Shown here: piece by piece, positions 17,429 to 26,224 of the stretch
How the letters are laid out: every line of letters starts with the position of its first letter
How positions within the stretch are numbered: the first letter of the stretch is position 1
Source of the DNA: a virus
Taxonomy: Duplodnaviria; Caudoviricetes
Length of the DNA stretch: 59,181 nt
Virus record (IMG/VR): IMGVR_UViG_3300035670_000237
Location: 1 to 59,181 of that record
Direction: 5' to 3' (one strand)
Notes under the pieces: model-generated
What the model was told of the DNA's origin: nothing
The model's database searches: none
Seen by the model: the letters and a program-made list of their open reading frames with translations, nothing else
Position numbers and translations under genes: made by a program

Positions 17429-18454
17429 TCAGACCTCCACCATCTCGATGCCCAGACGGGCGTAGTCCACCGAGGCGAAGCCAAGGTCGTCGTAAACCAC
17501 GGCATCCGGATCAACCCGCTCCACTTCGTCAGCCATGACGCCCCGGTACCGCTTGCCATCGGTGGCGCCGATGTAGCCGAATTCGTAGAGCGCAAGCCCG
17601 GTTCGCTCGTCGCGCCCCACGGGCACGATGTCGGTCTTCAATCGCCTGTCGCTGCCTTTGAGCGCGTAGTTCATGCCGACACCCGCGGCGGCGCCAAGAA
17701 TCGTGTTGAACGGATCGTTGGACGCGGCGATCTGGTCTTGCTGGTTCTTGTAGCTGGCCTGCGCGCCCCACATGCTGGTGGCGTTGCTTCCCATCTGGCC
17801 GGCCACGGTGGCGGCCGAGCCGAAGCCGCTGTTCATGCCGGACGCCCCGGCGTTGACAACGTTCAACCCGCCAGCCGCCAGGTTGGCACCCTGCCCGCTG
17901 GCTTGCATGCTCATGGCCGGGTAGCCGGCCAGGGCGTTGGTGGCGCGGTCGGTCAGTGCGTAACCCTCCGCGCGGGCGGCGCGGCGCGCATTGTTCTGCG
18001 CCCCCGCCAGCATGGCCGCCTCGCCGAGCACCGAGCGTGTGTCGATACCCGCGGCCCGACCCGAGCCCGGCATGATGCCCATGCGAGCCATCTGCCGCCC
18101 CGACTGCGCCCGCGCATTGGAGATTGCGGCCTGGGCATCGGCGCCGGCCTCACGCGCCAGGTCGTCGGTGCGCACCCGCTCGTCAAAGCGGTTGGCGTCA
18201 GCCACCATGCGATCCTGCGTGCCCGACAGCATGCCGCGCCGGGTCAACATCCACGAGCGGTCAGCCTGCGCATCGGCCACGCCTTGCCGGGCCGTGTCAA
18301 GCGCGAACTGGGTCTGCTCGCGCTGCAGCGGCAGCATGCTCTCGGCATTGGCCAGGATGCGCCCGATGGCGTCGTCCTGCACGCCCATCGAGCGAATCTG
18401 TGCCTCGATCAGCCGCGGGTCGGGCGGCGGCGCGTTGGAACTTTTCGAGCCCAT
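17429..18454 (-). CDS. Putative ejection protein with C-terminal peptidase S74 (intramolecular chaperone)-like domain
   Basis: MGSKSSNAPPPDP start, G/A/Q-rich body, SDRRLKTDI...GVMADEV...VDYARL tail. Confidence 0.7.
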   Translation of the reverse strand: MGSKSSNAPPPDPRLIEAQIRSMGVQDDAIGRILANAESMLPLQREQTQFALDTARQGVADAQADRSWMLTRRGMLSGTQDRMVADANRFDERVRTDDLAREAGADAQAAISNARAQSGRQMARMGIMPGSGRAAGIDTRSVLGEAAMLAGAQNNARRAARAEGYALTDRATNALAGYPAMSMQASGQGANLAAGGLNVVNAGASGMNSGFGSAATVAGQMGSNATSMWGAQASYKNQQDQIAASNDPFNTILGAAAGVGMNYALKGSDRRLKTDIVPVGRDERTGLALYEFGYIGATDGKRYRGVMADEVERVDPDAVVYDDLGFASVDYARLGIEMVEV

Positions 18455-18457
18455 GTC

Positions 18458-18883
18458 TCAATCCCCCAGGAAGCGGCACTCTTCGCGCCACATGACCATC
18501 ACGATGACGCTGCCCCCATCGACGGCGGCGCCGCGCAGCACGGCCTCTTCACGAAAGCCCAGGTGCGTGTTGAACCGCATGGCAGCCGCATTGCTCTCGT
18601 CCACGTAGCCGCTGACGCGGCGCAGCCCGCACACCTTGAACGGGTACGCAAAGCACGCCCGCAGGTAGTCGCGCGTCAGCCACCGCGCACCCGGCTCGGC
18701 GGCGACGTGCATCCAGGCGTTGAAGCGGTTGATGCCCTCGTACAGCACGCCGGCCACCAGTTGGCCCCGGCGCTGCAGCCCGATGGCCACCATGTCCTCG
18801 GCGGGCCGCAGGCCAGGCAGGTGCGTGCGCATGAAGCCCAGCACCTGCGGCAGGTCGTAGCAGAGGGCGTCCCGAGCGTGCAT
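18458..18883 (-). CDS. GNAT-family acetyltransferase (virion-module associated)
   Basis: YPF...LRRVSGYVDESN..AMRFNTHLGFREE motif. Typical position before podovirus ejection genes. Confidence 0.8.
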   Translation of the reverse strand: MHARDALCYDLPQVLGFMRTHLPGLRPAEDMVAIGLQRRGQLVAGVLYEGINRFNAWMHVAAEPGARWLTRDYLRACFAYPFKVCGLRRVSGYVDESNAAAMRFNTHLGFREEAVLRGAAVDGGSVIVMVMWREECRFLGD

Positions 18884-18894
18884 CGCCGCAGCGT

Positions 18895-18909
18895 GCCATG
18901 CTTGCCACG
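18895..18909 (-). promoter_or_regulatory. Putative late promoter motif, copy 2 (possibly leaderless mRNA)
   Basis: CGTGGCAAGCATGG-CACGCT-6nt-ATG. Confidence 0.7.
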
Positions 18910-18922
18910 CCCACAGCGCAAC

Positions 18923-19450
18923 TCAGCCCGGAGGTGTCGGCCAGACGATGTTGAACGGGTCAGGCTGGTCCGTGACGTCGCGCAGCGCTTGGCGGTAGGT
19001 CTGCCAGTCGGTGGGCACGGGTTCGCCACGATCAGCGGCGCGGACGACAACCCAGTCGGACTCGGCGAGCAACTTGTTGCGTCGAGCCCTGACGCGACCC
19101 CACTCTTTGCGCAGGGCCTCGTCTTGGGTTCTTACGGGGTTCTCGCCAGGAGGCCAGTATGTCCAGCGCGCCGGCGGCGCGTCGTCGAACGTCTCAGGGT
19201 TGTGGACACGGCCAGTGTCCAGCGGGTCGTACCAGGAGTGGCCGCGAAAGTCGGCGCACTTAGTCCACGCGACATCAACCCAGCGCCACCGCTCGAATGG
19301 GCCAAGCGGATCGTCCGGCAGCGGCTCTTCAACCACGACGCCGCGATTGAGGTCACTGACCATGTCCGAGCGAATGGTCCCGCGCCAGAAACCATCAACA
19401 TCTATCGTCGAGACAAATGCCGGTGCGTCTACAGTTTGAACAGCGTCCAT
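18923..19450 (-). CDS. Tail fibre assembly chaperone
   Basis: VRARRNKLLAESDW...WQTYRQALRDVT..PFNIVWPTPP motif. Directly after the tail fibre gene. Confidence 0.85.
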   Translation of the reverse strand: MDAVQTVDAPAFVSTIDVDGFWRGTIRSDMVSDLNRGVVVEEPLPDDPLGPFERWRWVDVAWTKCADFRGHSWYDPLDTGRVHNPETFDDAPPARWTYWPPGENPVRTQDEALRKEWGRVRARRNKLLAESDWVVVRAADRGEPVPTDWQTYRQALRDVTDQPDPFNIVWPTPPG

Positions 19451-22236
19451 TTGATGACTGGTATCCGGAAAGTGTTGAAGTACCCGGAATCCAGACGAAT
19501 CTTCATTCTCAGCCGAATGGCAATACGATGGTCGTCCGCATAGTTTCCGGAATTCGAAAATGATCGAGTTACGCCAACATCACCTGTCACTGCGATCTTG
19601 AACGTCGAGCCACTGCCGCCACTCCAATTTCTAAACGCACCACTCCCTCTTGCTGCGACGTAGTACGGCTGATTATTCAAAGCGCTTTGTGTGTCTGCGT
19701 CGTATATATCCGTCAGAATCAGGGACTGTATTTCGACATTAAAGACCGATCCTACTGGATAATAAGAGCTACCGAACTCGTCGGCGTAGGAGCCAATGAC
19801 AACTTCCTGCCCGTCGTACTCACCGTTTTGTAGAACGATTCGCCTGCGAATATCTACGTTGTCCGCGACTACGGACCCGTCTATGTACGCAGCGAATTTT
19901 CCGCCGCCTATACTTAGATTGCCGTTAACCACACTAAAACCAGAGGAGTAAATATCGCCGGCGCTAGTTACCTGTAAATATTTTCTATATGTAGAAGGCG
20001 CTACACCAAAGACGGTTTCGTAATTACCAAGCAGCAACCCTTCAGAACCTAAGTAAAACCCAAACTTGGGAGCGGATGGTGTTCCCCCTGACGGCCACGC
20101 GTACCCCGTGAAAGCTCCCCCGTTGATGGAGCCGGCGAACGTGCCCGTGGCGGCGGATAAAGCGCCCGCGAAGATCGCCGCGCCTGTGCTGCCGCTGAGG
20201 GTGAAGGTGACGTCGCCACTGGAGTTGTACGCAGCAATGCCGTTGGCGGTAATGCCAACCCCGTAGCCAGACGTGCGAACACCACTGGTGTTCCAGTCGA
20301 TCGAACCTATGGCCAGACCGGCTGGGCCGCTGAGCGCGTTGCGCGCGTTGTTGGCCAGCTTCGTCGCAAGCCCTGTGCTGGCGTTGTTGACCGCGCTGTA
20401 GGCCGAGTCGCCGTTGGCGGCGTTGGACTCGACGGTTTGCGCCAGTGTGCTGCCGACGTTGGTGCCGCTAGGAGCGCCCTCCGAGGAGACGGTGACCCAC
20501 GACGACCCGCTCCAGCGCTTGAGTAGCTTGGTGGAATCGGAGTACCAAAGATCACCGACGGCCGAAGCTGTAGGTGTGGAATCACCAAAAAACGTGATGA
20601 TCTTGCCGTCGGCGGTGGCCTGCGCCGTGGCGGCGTCAGAGATGGCCTGACCAATCTTGGAGTCCTGTGCAGCAACCCACGCACTCCCGTTGTACCGGTA
20701 CAGCTTGTTGCCGTCGTCCGTGTCGAACCACAAATCCCCCAGTGACATCCCGCTCGTCGGGGCGCTGGTCTGGTAGAAGCTCTCAATCTTGCCGTCGGCT
20801 GTATCTTGAGCCGTGCTGGCAGCGGAAAGGGCGGCGTCGATGCCAGTGTCGCGCCGCAGCACCCAAGACCCCGAAGTGCGCACGTACAGACGGTTGTTGT
20901 CGTTGGTGTCGAACCAAAGGTCTCCGTCTGCAACGCCCGAAGTGGGCGCCGTGGTCTGCTGCCACACTTTGTTGCGGGTAGCGTCGGAGTCCCCCGTGTA
21001 CCCCAAGTCACTCAGCGTGTTGCTCAGTTCGTTGAAGTTGATACGCACCGTTGTGCCGGAAACCGTCAGCAGCGGAATAGCTGCAGCGCTGGTCGAAGTC
21101 TTGACCTTGAACGCATCTACCGTGAACTCCGCCGTCGGCGTGTCGCCGCCCTTGAGCGCAATGGCAGGGTTGCTGACACTGGCGATGCCCGTCTTGCGCG
21201 CCGGGTCAACGGGGTCGTTGTATTCGTAGGTGGCCGTGCCACCGATGTAGAAGTCCGACCCGAAGAAGACGCCAGACTCCAGGTCCACACTGGAGGTGTA
21301 GCCTGCAGTGATCTTGTCCGCGCGCAGGTTTCCGATCTTGGCGTCGGTGATGGTGCCGTTCTTGATGAACGCGGCGTCCATGAACACGCCGGGAGGCACG
21401 GCCACGCCGTTGATGGTCTGGGGCTGGGTGTTGACGACAAAAGGCGCTGCGGTGCTGAAAGCCACCCAGGCGGCGCCGTCCCACGCCTTGGTGACACCCG
21501 TGGAGGGCTGGTACCACAGGTCGCCTGCAACTGTCGCAGTCGGCGTAGCCTCCTGGTTGAACGTGACACGCGGGGCTACCGCGAAGGTGTCGGCCCGATA
21601 GACGACGCGTGCACTTGGATCGTCAACGTCGGGGTCCAACGCGTACTGGCTGATCGACTCCAGCAGTTTGGCGACATCCTGGCCGGTGGTGACCTCCAGG
21701 CCATTGGTGCCGCCCGCAGGATTGGTGCTGAGCACCCCGTCCACCGTCTCCCACTTGATCCACAGCCTCCAGGTGGTTGCAGGGTTGCTAGGGTGCGCGT
21801 GGGTGCGGCCGCTGAACTGGGTGACTTCCGCCGCGTCGGCAAACACCGGCAGCGCATCGCCCGCAGCCACCACCTTGCCATATACCCGCGTGCGCAGGTG
21901 CCCGTGGCCCTGCTGGTAGGCCGGCGTGTCGTGCTCGATGAAAACGTGGCTGATGGCCGAGGACACCGCAAAACCCGTGGGCGTCGGCGGCGGGGTCAGG
22001 TCGCGTTCATAGGCTTCACTGATGGCCGAACCGGGCTCGATGGGCAGGGTGCCGCTGAAACCGCTGCGCAGGGTAAAGCCCTCGCGCAGCCTGACCATGC
22101 CTGCCTCCACCAGGTCGCGCAACGTCAGGCCACGGTCCAGCGGGTCGCCCAGACGACCAAGGTAGGTCATCATCGCTTCGCGCATGCGTGCGCCGAAGTT
22201 GGTCGCGTTGGGGTTGGGCAGGTCGTTGCGGCTCAT
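19429..22236 (-). CDS. Tail fibre/tip protein
   Basis: 935 aa. Repeated (T)APT...GDLW(F/Y) units, AFIKNGTITDAKIG motif, AT-richer C-terminal segment. Confidence 0.8.
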   Translation of the reverse strand: MSRNDLPNPNATNFGARMREAMMTYLGRLGDPLDRGLTLRDLVEAGMVRLREGFTLRSGFSGTLPIEPGSAISEAYERDLTPPPTPTGFAVSSAISHVFIEHDTPAYQQGHGHLRTRVYGKVVAAGDALPVFADAAEVTQFSGRTHAHPSNPATTWRLWIKWETVDGVLSTNPAGGTNGLEVTTGQDVAKLLESISQYALDPDVDDPSARVVYRADTFAVAPRVTFNQEATPTATVAGDLWYQPSTGVTKAWDGAAWVAFSTAAPFVVNTQPQTINGVAVPPGVFMDAAFIKNGTITDAKIGNLRADKITAGYTSSVDLESGVFFGSDFYIGGTATYEYNDPVDPARKTGIASVSNPAIALKGGDTPTAEFTVDAFKVKTSTSAAAIPLLTVSGTTVRINFNELSNTLSDLGYTGDSDATRNKVWQQTTAPTSGVADGDLWFDTNDNNRLYVRTSGSWVLRRDTGIDAALSAASTAQDTADGKIESFYQTSAPTSGMSLGDLWFDTDDGNKLYRYNGSAWVAAQDSKIGQAISDAATAQATADGKIITFFGDSTPTASAVGDLWYSDSTKLLKRWSGSSWVTVSSEGAPSGTNVGSTLAQTVESNAANGDSAYSAVNNASTGLATKLANNARNALSGPAGLAIGSIDWNTSGVRTSGYGVGITANGIAAYNSSGDVTFTLSGSTGAAIFAGALSAATGTFAGSINGGAFTGYAWPSGGTPSAPKFGFYLGSEGLLLGNYETVFGVAPSTYRKYLQVTSAGDIYSSGFSVVNGNLSIGGGKFAAYIDGSVVADNVDIRRRIVLQNGEYDGQEVVIGSYADEFGSSYYPVGSVFNVEIQSLILTDIYDADTQSALNNQPYYVAARGSGAFRNWSGGSGSTFKIAVTGDVGVTRSFSNSGNYADDHRIAIRLRMKIRLDSGYFNTFRIPVIKWTLFKL

Positions 22237-22272
22237 TGGCGTGATGCGTCGGTGGCGGTCGGGGCCTTCGCG

Positions 22273-24006
22273 TCAGGTCTGCATCAGCTCCTGCGAGCTG
22301 CTGGCCATGGCCACGGCCTGCACGGCGCCGCTGCCCTCAAGTTCAATTTGCCAATCGCTGGCCATGAAGCCACCCGGCAGGGCCACGCTGTCGGAGCCTG
22401 CCACGCTGACGGTATAGCGGAACGTGTTTGGCGTGGGCGCCGAGAACACGGCCGGGCGCCGCGCCACCAACTTGGTGACGGTGGCGGACGGCAGGTTCAG
22501 CGCATCGATGCGCACGGTGACTGGGTAGGTGTCGGCCTGCACTTCCAGCACGCCGAAGTTCACCGGTCTGGGCTCACGGAACTGCTTGCTGCGAAACCGC
22601 CAGGTCATGGCCGATGCGCCGGCATCCCACTTCTTGACGCTGTTGCCGTCCAGCACGTACAGCTGGTCCTGCAGCTCGTCGAAGTGCAGGCCCTCATAGC
22701 CGGTGTCGAGGAAGTAGACCCCCGCGTTCGGGTCGCCCGGGTTGAGCATGAAGCCCTTGCGCGTGGCCCCGCCGTCGTCCGAGTAGCTGCCGAAGTACAG
22801 CCCCTCGTAGAGCCGGCCGACGATGGTGGACGGCACCAGGGCCTGCCAGTCCTGGCGCGTCATCAGGCCGGCGGTGAGGATGCGTGCGCCGCCAGCGCCG
22901 TACCAGCACAGACCGTCATTGCTGGCCCAGGCCACGCCAGAGCCCATGCTGACGGCCGAGCGGGCCGACACGCAGCCCTGCGGAATCTCCAGCGGCGTCT
23001 GGTCAAGCCCCTCGGGTGAGGACCCCATCACCAGCAGCGGCCGCCCGGTGGTCAGCACCAGCAGGTTTTGACCGTACACACCCAGCGCCACCGGCTTGGC
23101 ATCCGGCGGCACGATGTCGTATTCGGACGGCCAGGCATACGGGGTGTAGGGCTCGCACACCCGCACCGCGTTGCCGCTGATGCCGGCCAGCATGCCGTTC
23201 CACAGCGCCGTCAAGTACGACAGGCTGGCCTCGGTGGTGCCGCCTGCACCCACAGGCACGCCAGGCGCCGGCAGCCATGTGGTGGTAGGCAGAACCTCAC
23301 CGAGGGCGCGGTTGTCGTCGCTGGTCGAGCTGGTGCCGATGGCAATCTCGCGCAGGAAGAAGAACTCGGTGGCGCCGCTCGAGCCCGTGGCCGTGCGGTA
23401 GATGCGCCGCAGGCTGACGTTGTAGTTGCCCGACGGCACGGCTGAGAAACCGCTGATCGTGGCAGTGTCGTCGCTCTTGCGAACGTTGGCTGCACTTGGC
23501 GGGCTTGGGGCGCTTTCCCAGCCCCAGTCGTTCACATAGGTGTAGACGTAGAAAACCGTCTGGTTGGTTTCGGATTCACCGCCTCCAACCGTGGTGATGG
23601 TGGGCGCTGCTGCTGGCGCCGGCAGGCCCAGCGGGCGCGTAACGGTCGGGTTGTCTTGAGGATCGGTACCGTCGAGCGCCAGGTTGTCAGTGACCTGCGG
23701 CGCACCAGAGCCGGTGAAATAGGTGCGCTCGGTGGTGTCAGCGGGATCAAACCCGCGCACGGCGTGCACCGGGCTTGCTGCCCAGCTCACCCAATAGGTG
23801 CCGTCGCCCGCAACATCGCGTCCCATGCGGTAGATGCTTTTACGCCCAGCGGGCACCGTGGCCACCGTCAGCGGCTGGCGCCAGGACCTCAAATCACCGC
23901 GTCCAGGCTTCTGGTTTCGGCTGAGGGCGCCCTGCGCCGGCGCCAGCAGCGTGGGGTGCGCGGCGCGGTTTTCGCCGGCAAAGCCAAGCAGGCGGACGAC
24001 AGCCAT
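22273..24006 (-). CDS. Tail tubular/nozzle (stabilisation) protein
   Basis: 577 aa beta-rich. YVYTYVNDWGWESAPSP and WRFRSKQF motifs of podoviral tail proteins. Confidence 0.65.
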   Translation of the reverse strand: MAVVRLLGFAGENRAAHPTLLAPAQGALSRNQKPGRGDLRSWRQPLTVATVPAGRKSIYRMGRDVAGDGTYWVSWAASPVHAVRGFDPADTTERTYFTGSGAPQVTDNLALDGTDPQDNPTVTRPLGLPAPAAAPTITTVGGGESETNQTVFYVYTYVNDWGWESAPSPPSAANVRKSDDTATISGFSAVPSGNYNVSLRRIYRTATGSSGATEFFFLREIAIGTSSTSDDNRALGEVLPTTTWLPAPGVPVGAGGTTEASLSYLTALWNGMLAGISGNAVRVCEPYTPYAWPSEYDIVPPDAKPVALGVYGQNLLVLTTGRPLLVMGSSPEGLDQTPLEIPQGCVSARSAVSMGSGVAWASNDGLCWYGAGGARILTAGLMTRQDWQALVPSTIVGRLYEGLYFGSYSDDGGATRKGFMLNPGDPNAGVYFLDTGYEGLHFDELQDQLYVLDGNSVKKWDAGASAMTWRFRSKQFREPRPVNFGVLEVQADTYPVTVRIDALNLPSATVTKLVARRPAVFSAPTPNTFRYTVSVAGSDSVALPGGFMASDWQIELEGSGAVQAVAMASSSQELMQT

Positions 24007-24012
24007 GGGCCT

Positions 24013-24438
24013 TCACAGCCCCAGCTTGGCGCGCTCAGCACGACCCCAGGCGCGGCAAGCCTCCACGTGCGCGTTCCATGCGTCCGTCTCGTGCGACGGC
24101 GCGATGCGCAACATCTTGATCTCTTCGTCGACCGAGTAAACCTCGCGGATGCGCTGCACTACGCGCTCATCAATCAACTGCAGATGCGGGCTGCCTCGGC
24201 GAAGTTCGGCCTCGAGCTCAGGCGCCAGCGGAGTGGCCAGGGTCTCGATGCTTGCGGCGATTGGCGCAGGCTGCTCAGGCAGCGTCGCGCCGTCCGGGAG
24301 CGACACGACGGTGCGCCCGTCGGCAAGCGTCAGGAGCTCTTGGCCGACAGCCGCGCCGGGCTCGGAGGGCTCAGGCAGCCGAAGCTGGTACGTGGTGTAA
24401 GCGTCGGAAACCTTGCGGTAGGCGATCAAAGACGGCAT
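24013..24438 (-). CDS. Hypothetical protein (possible chaperone for the DGR target)
   Basis: 141 aa with GGAG SD. IREVYSVDEEI..WNAHVEACR tail resembles fibre-associated small proteins. Confidence 0.6.
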   Translation of the reverse strand: MPSLIAYRKVSDAYTTYQLRLPEPSEPGAAVGQELLTLADGRTVVSLPDGATLPEQPAPIAASIETLATPLAPELEAELRRGSPHLQLIDERVVQRIREVYSVDEEIKMLRIAPSHETDAWNAHVEACRAWGRAERAKLGL

Positions 24439-25390
24439 GGTGGTGCTCCTTCAAGTGGCGCAGGATGGGGCGCAGTGATGCGGTGCGGCAGGCGTGGCCG
24501 AGCCTGGAGACGAGGCTGGGCAGGCGATGCGCGCGCGCGTCGCGGCGGATCTGGCTGACCAAGTGCGGGCGCACGAACCGCGCCCGGGCCCAGGTGCGGT
24601 AGCCGCACCAGTTGACGCCGCGCCTGATCGGCTGCAGGCTGTGGTGGCTGATCTCCAGGTTCAGCAGTGCCAGATGCCGGCGGATGCCGTCCAGCCATTG
24701 CGCAGCCGTGGCCCGGTCGGGGGCGATCATCACGGCGTCGTCCACGTAGCGGGCGTATGCGGCGATCTTCAGCGTGCGCTTGGCGTACTGGTCCAGGCTG
24801 TTCAGGTACAGGTTGCTGAAGGTCTGGCTCAGCAGGTTGCCGATGGGCACGCCGGCCGCCTCGGGCCGGTGGGCAAACAGCATCGTCAGCTCCAGCGTGC
24901 GCGGGCACTTGACGATGCGCTCCAGCATGCCGCGCAGGATGTCGCGGTCGATGCTGTAGAAGTAGCGCCGCACGTCCACGTGCAGCGTCCAGGCGGTACG
25001 CGGCGCCCGGCGCATCTGGGCCTGCAGCCAGTCGGCCGCCTTGTGCGTGCCCAGGCCCTGCCGGCAGGCGAAGCTGGTGGCGATGTAGCGGCGCTCCAGC
25101 AGCGGCTGCAGCACGGCGTAGATGGCGTGCTGCACCACCAGATCCCTGAAGCTCGGCGCCTCGATCAGGCGGGGCTTGCGGCCGTCGCGCACCCAGAACC
25201 GGTGCAGCGGCGCGGGGCGGTAGGTGCCCGCCACCAACTCGGCGCGCAGCGTTGCAATGTGGGTGCCCAGGTTGCGGCCGAAGGCATGCACCGACCGGTG
25301 CGAGCGCTTGTTCTGGCGGGCGCGATGCCATGCCGCCAGCAGCGCCTCGGTGCTGACGATGTGATGGTACAGGTGCCCGGCGCGCTTCAT
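24371..25390 (-). CDS. brt: DGR reverse transcriptase
   Basis: FRDLVVQHA, GVPIGNLLSQ (DGR-type GxxxSQ), YVDD. ATG at 25390 (MKRAGHL). Confidence 0.95.
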   Translation of the reverse strand: MKRAGHLYHHIVSTEALLAAWHRARQNKRSHRSVHAFGRNLGTHIATLRAELVAGTYRPAPLHRFWVRDGRKPRLIEAPSFRDLVVQHAIYAVLQPLLERRYIATSFACRQGLGTHKAADWLQAQMRRAPRTAWTLHVDVRRYFYSIDRDILRGMLERIVKCPRTLELTMLFAHRPEAAGVPIGNLLSQTFSNLYLNSLDQYAKRTLKIAAYARYVDDAVMIAPDRATAAQWLDGIRRHLALLNLEISHHSLQPIRRGVNWCGYRTWARARFVRPHLVSQIRRDARAHRLPSLVSRLGHACRTASLRPILRHLKEHHHAVFDRLPQGFRRLHHVPASAA

Positions 25391-25563
25391 GCTGCGGCCC
25401 GGCCTGGGGGTGTAGGGGCCACGGCGCCGGTCTTCGCCCGCGGGCTGGCAACACGGCCGGCCTGGGCTACCAAAAGACGCTGCAGCAGAACATTTCGGCA
25501 CCAGCCGCGACGGTGGCTCCCTCGTTGCCGCACGGCACTTGCCGCATGGGGCGTACCTGGCAT

Positions 25564-25681
25564 CGAGTCGGCGGCGAACCCCACGTTGTTGTTGGAGTTC
25601 GTGCGGTTGTTGTTCAAGTTGCGGTTGCGAACCCCGGCATTCGAGCCGTTGTTCCAGTTCCCGCGCGAGATCACACAGAGC
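25564..25681 (-). ncRNA. DGR template repeat (TR)
   Basis: 118 nt, AAC-rich, intergenic between avd and RT. Aligns without gaps to 26234-26351. Confidence 0.95.
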
Positions 25682-25684
25682 ATG

Positions 25685-26170
25685 TCAAGCCACCACCGCA
25701 CCAAAGGCCCCGACAGTGTCGAGGCCCTCGGATTCAGGGCGCGCGGCCTCCTGCCCGCGCGCATTCTTGGGCGCGTCGCCGCGCAGTTCATGAGCCACCC
25801 AGCCGCCGATCATGCGGCCAAGCTCGTCGATCATCCGCGACAGCACCAGAAAGCGCCGCTCTCCCGGGGTCGTCGGGTCGGTCTTGCCGCCCGAGAAGTT
25901 GAACAACCCCAGCTCGTGCGCCAACACCGCCATCATGCGCAACTGCTCGTGCCGCACGTCCAGCTGGGTCAGCGCCGTCTTGCGATGGTGACGCTTCTGG
26001 CACTCGGTCACCAGGTTGTAGACGTCCAGATAGGCCTGCCGGATTTGCTGCGTCAAGGTGTACTTGTGGCAGTTCGGAAAGTGACGCAGATACCCCTCGA
26101 GCTGCACCGCGAGCAGCACCAGCTTGCGGTGCAGCGTCGCCTCAGCGTGCAGTCGGCTTCCGGTCGGCAT
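25685..26170 (-). CDS. avd: DGR accessory variability determinant Avd
   Basis: FP..HKYTLTQQIR...L..LDV..EQLR...ELGRMIGGW four-helix motif. AAGGAG SD. Between target and TR. Confidence 0.92.
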   Translation of the reverse strand: MPTGSRLHAEATLHRKLVLLAVQLEGYLRHFPNCHKYTLTQQIRQAYLDVYNLVTECQKRHHRKTALTQLDVRHEQLRMMAVLAHELGLFNFSGGKTDPTTPGERRFLVLSRMIDELGRMIGGWVAHELRGDAPKNARGQEAARPESEGLDTVGAFGAVVA

Positions 26171-26196
26171 GATGGAGGTCTCCTTCAATCGGTCCA

Positions 26197-26221
26197 GGCC
26201 CTGTCGCTGTCGCTCAGGGCC
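26197..26221 (-). promoter_or_regulatory. DGR target-recognition hairpin downstream of VR
   Basis: GGCCCTG-AGCGACAGCGA-CAGGGCC, 7 bp stem 3 nt after the target stop codon. Confidence 0.75.
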
Positions 26222-26224
26222 ACA

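Noticed and set aside
19429-24006. Second DGR variable repeat in other tail genes
   Set aside because: No second TR-like segment was seen by eye. A BLASTN of the TR against the genome would settle it.
24426-25791. ORFs 24426-25454 and 25387-25791 overlapping RT and TR
   Set aside because: Alternative-frame ORFs. The second merely reads through the Asn-rich TR, which acts as an RNA template.
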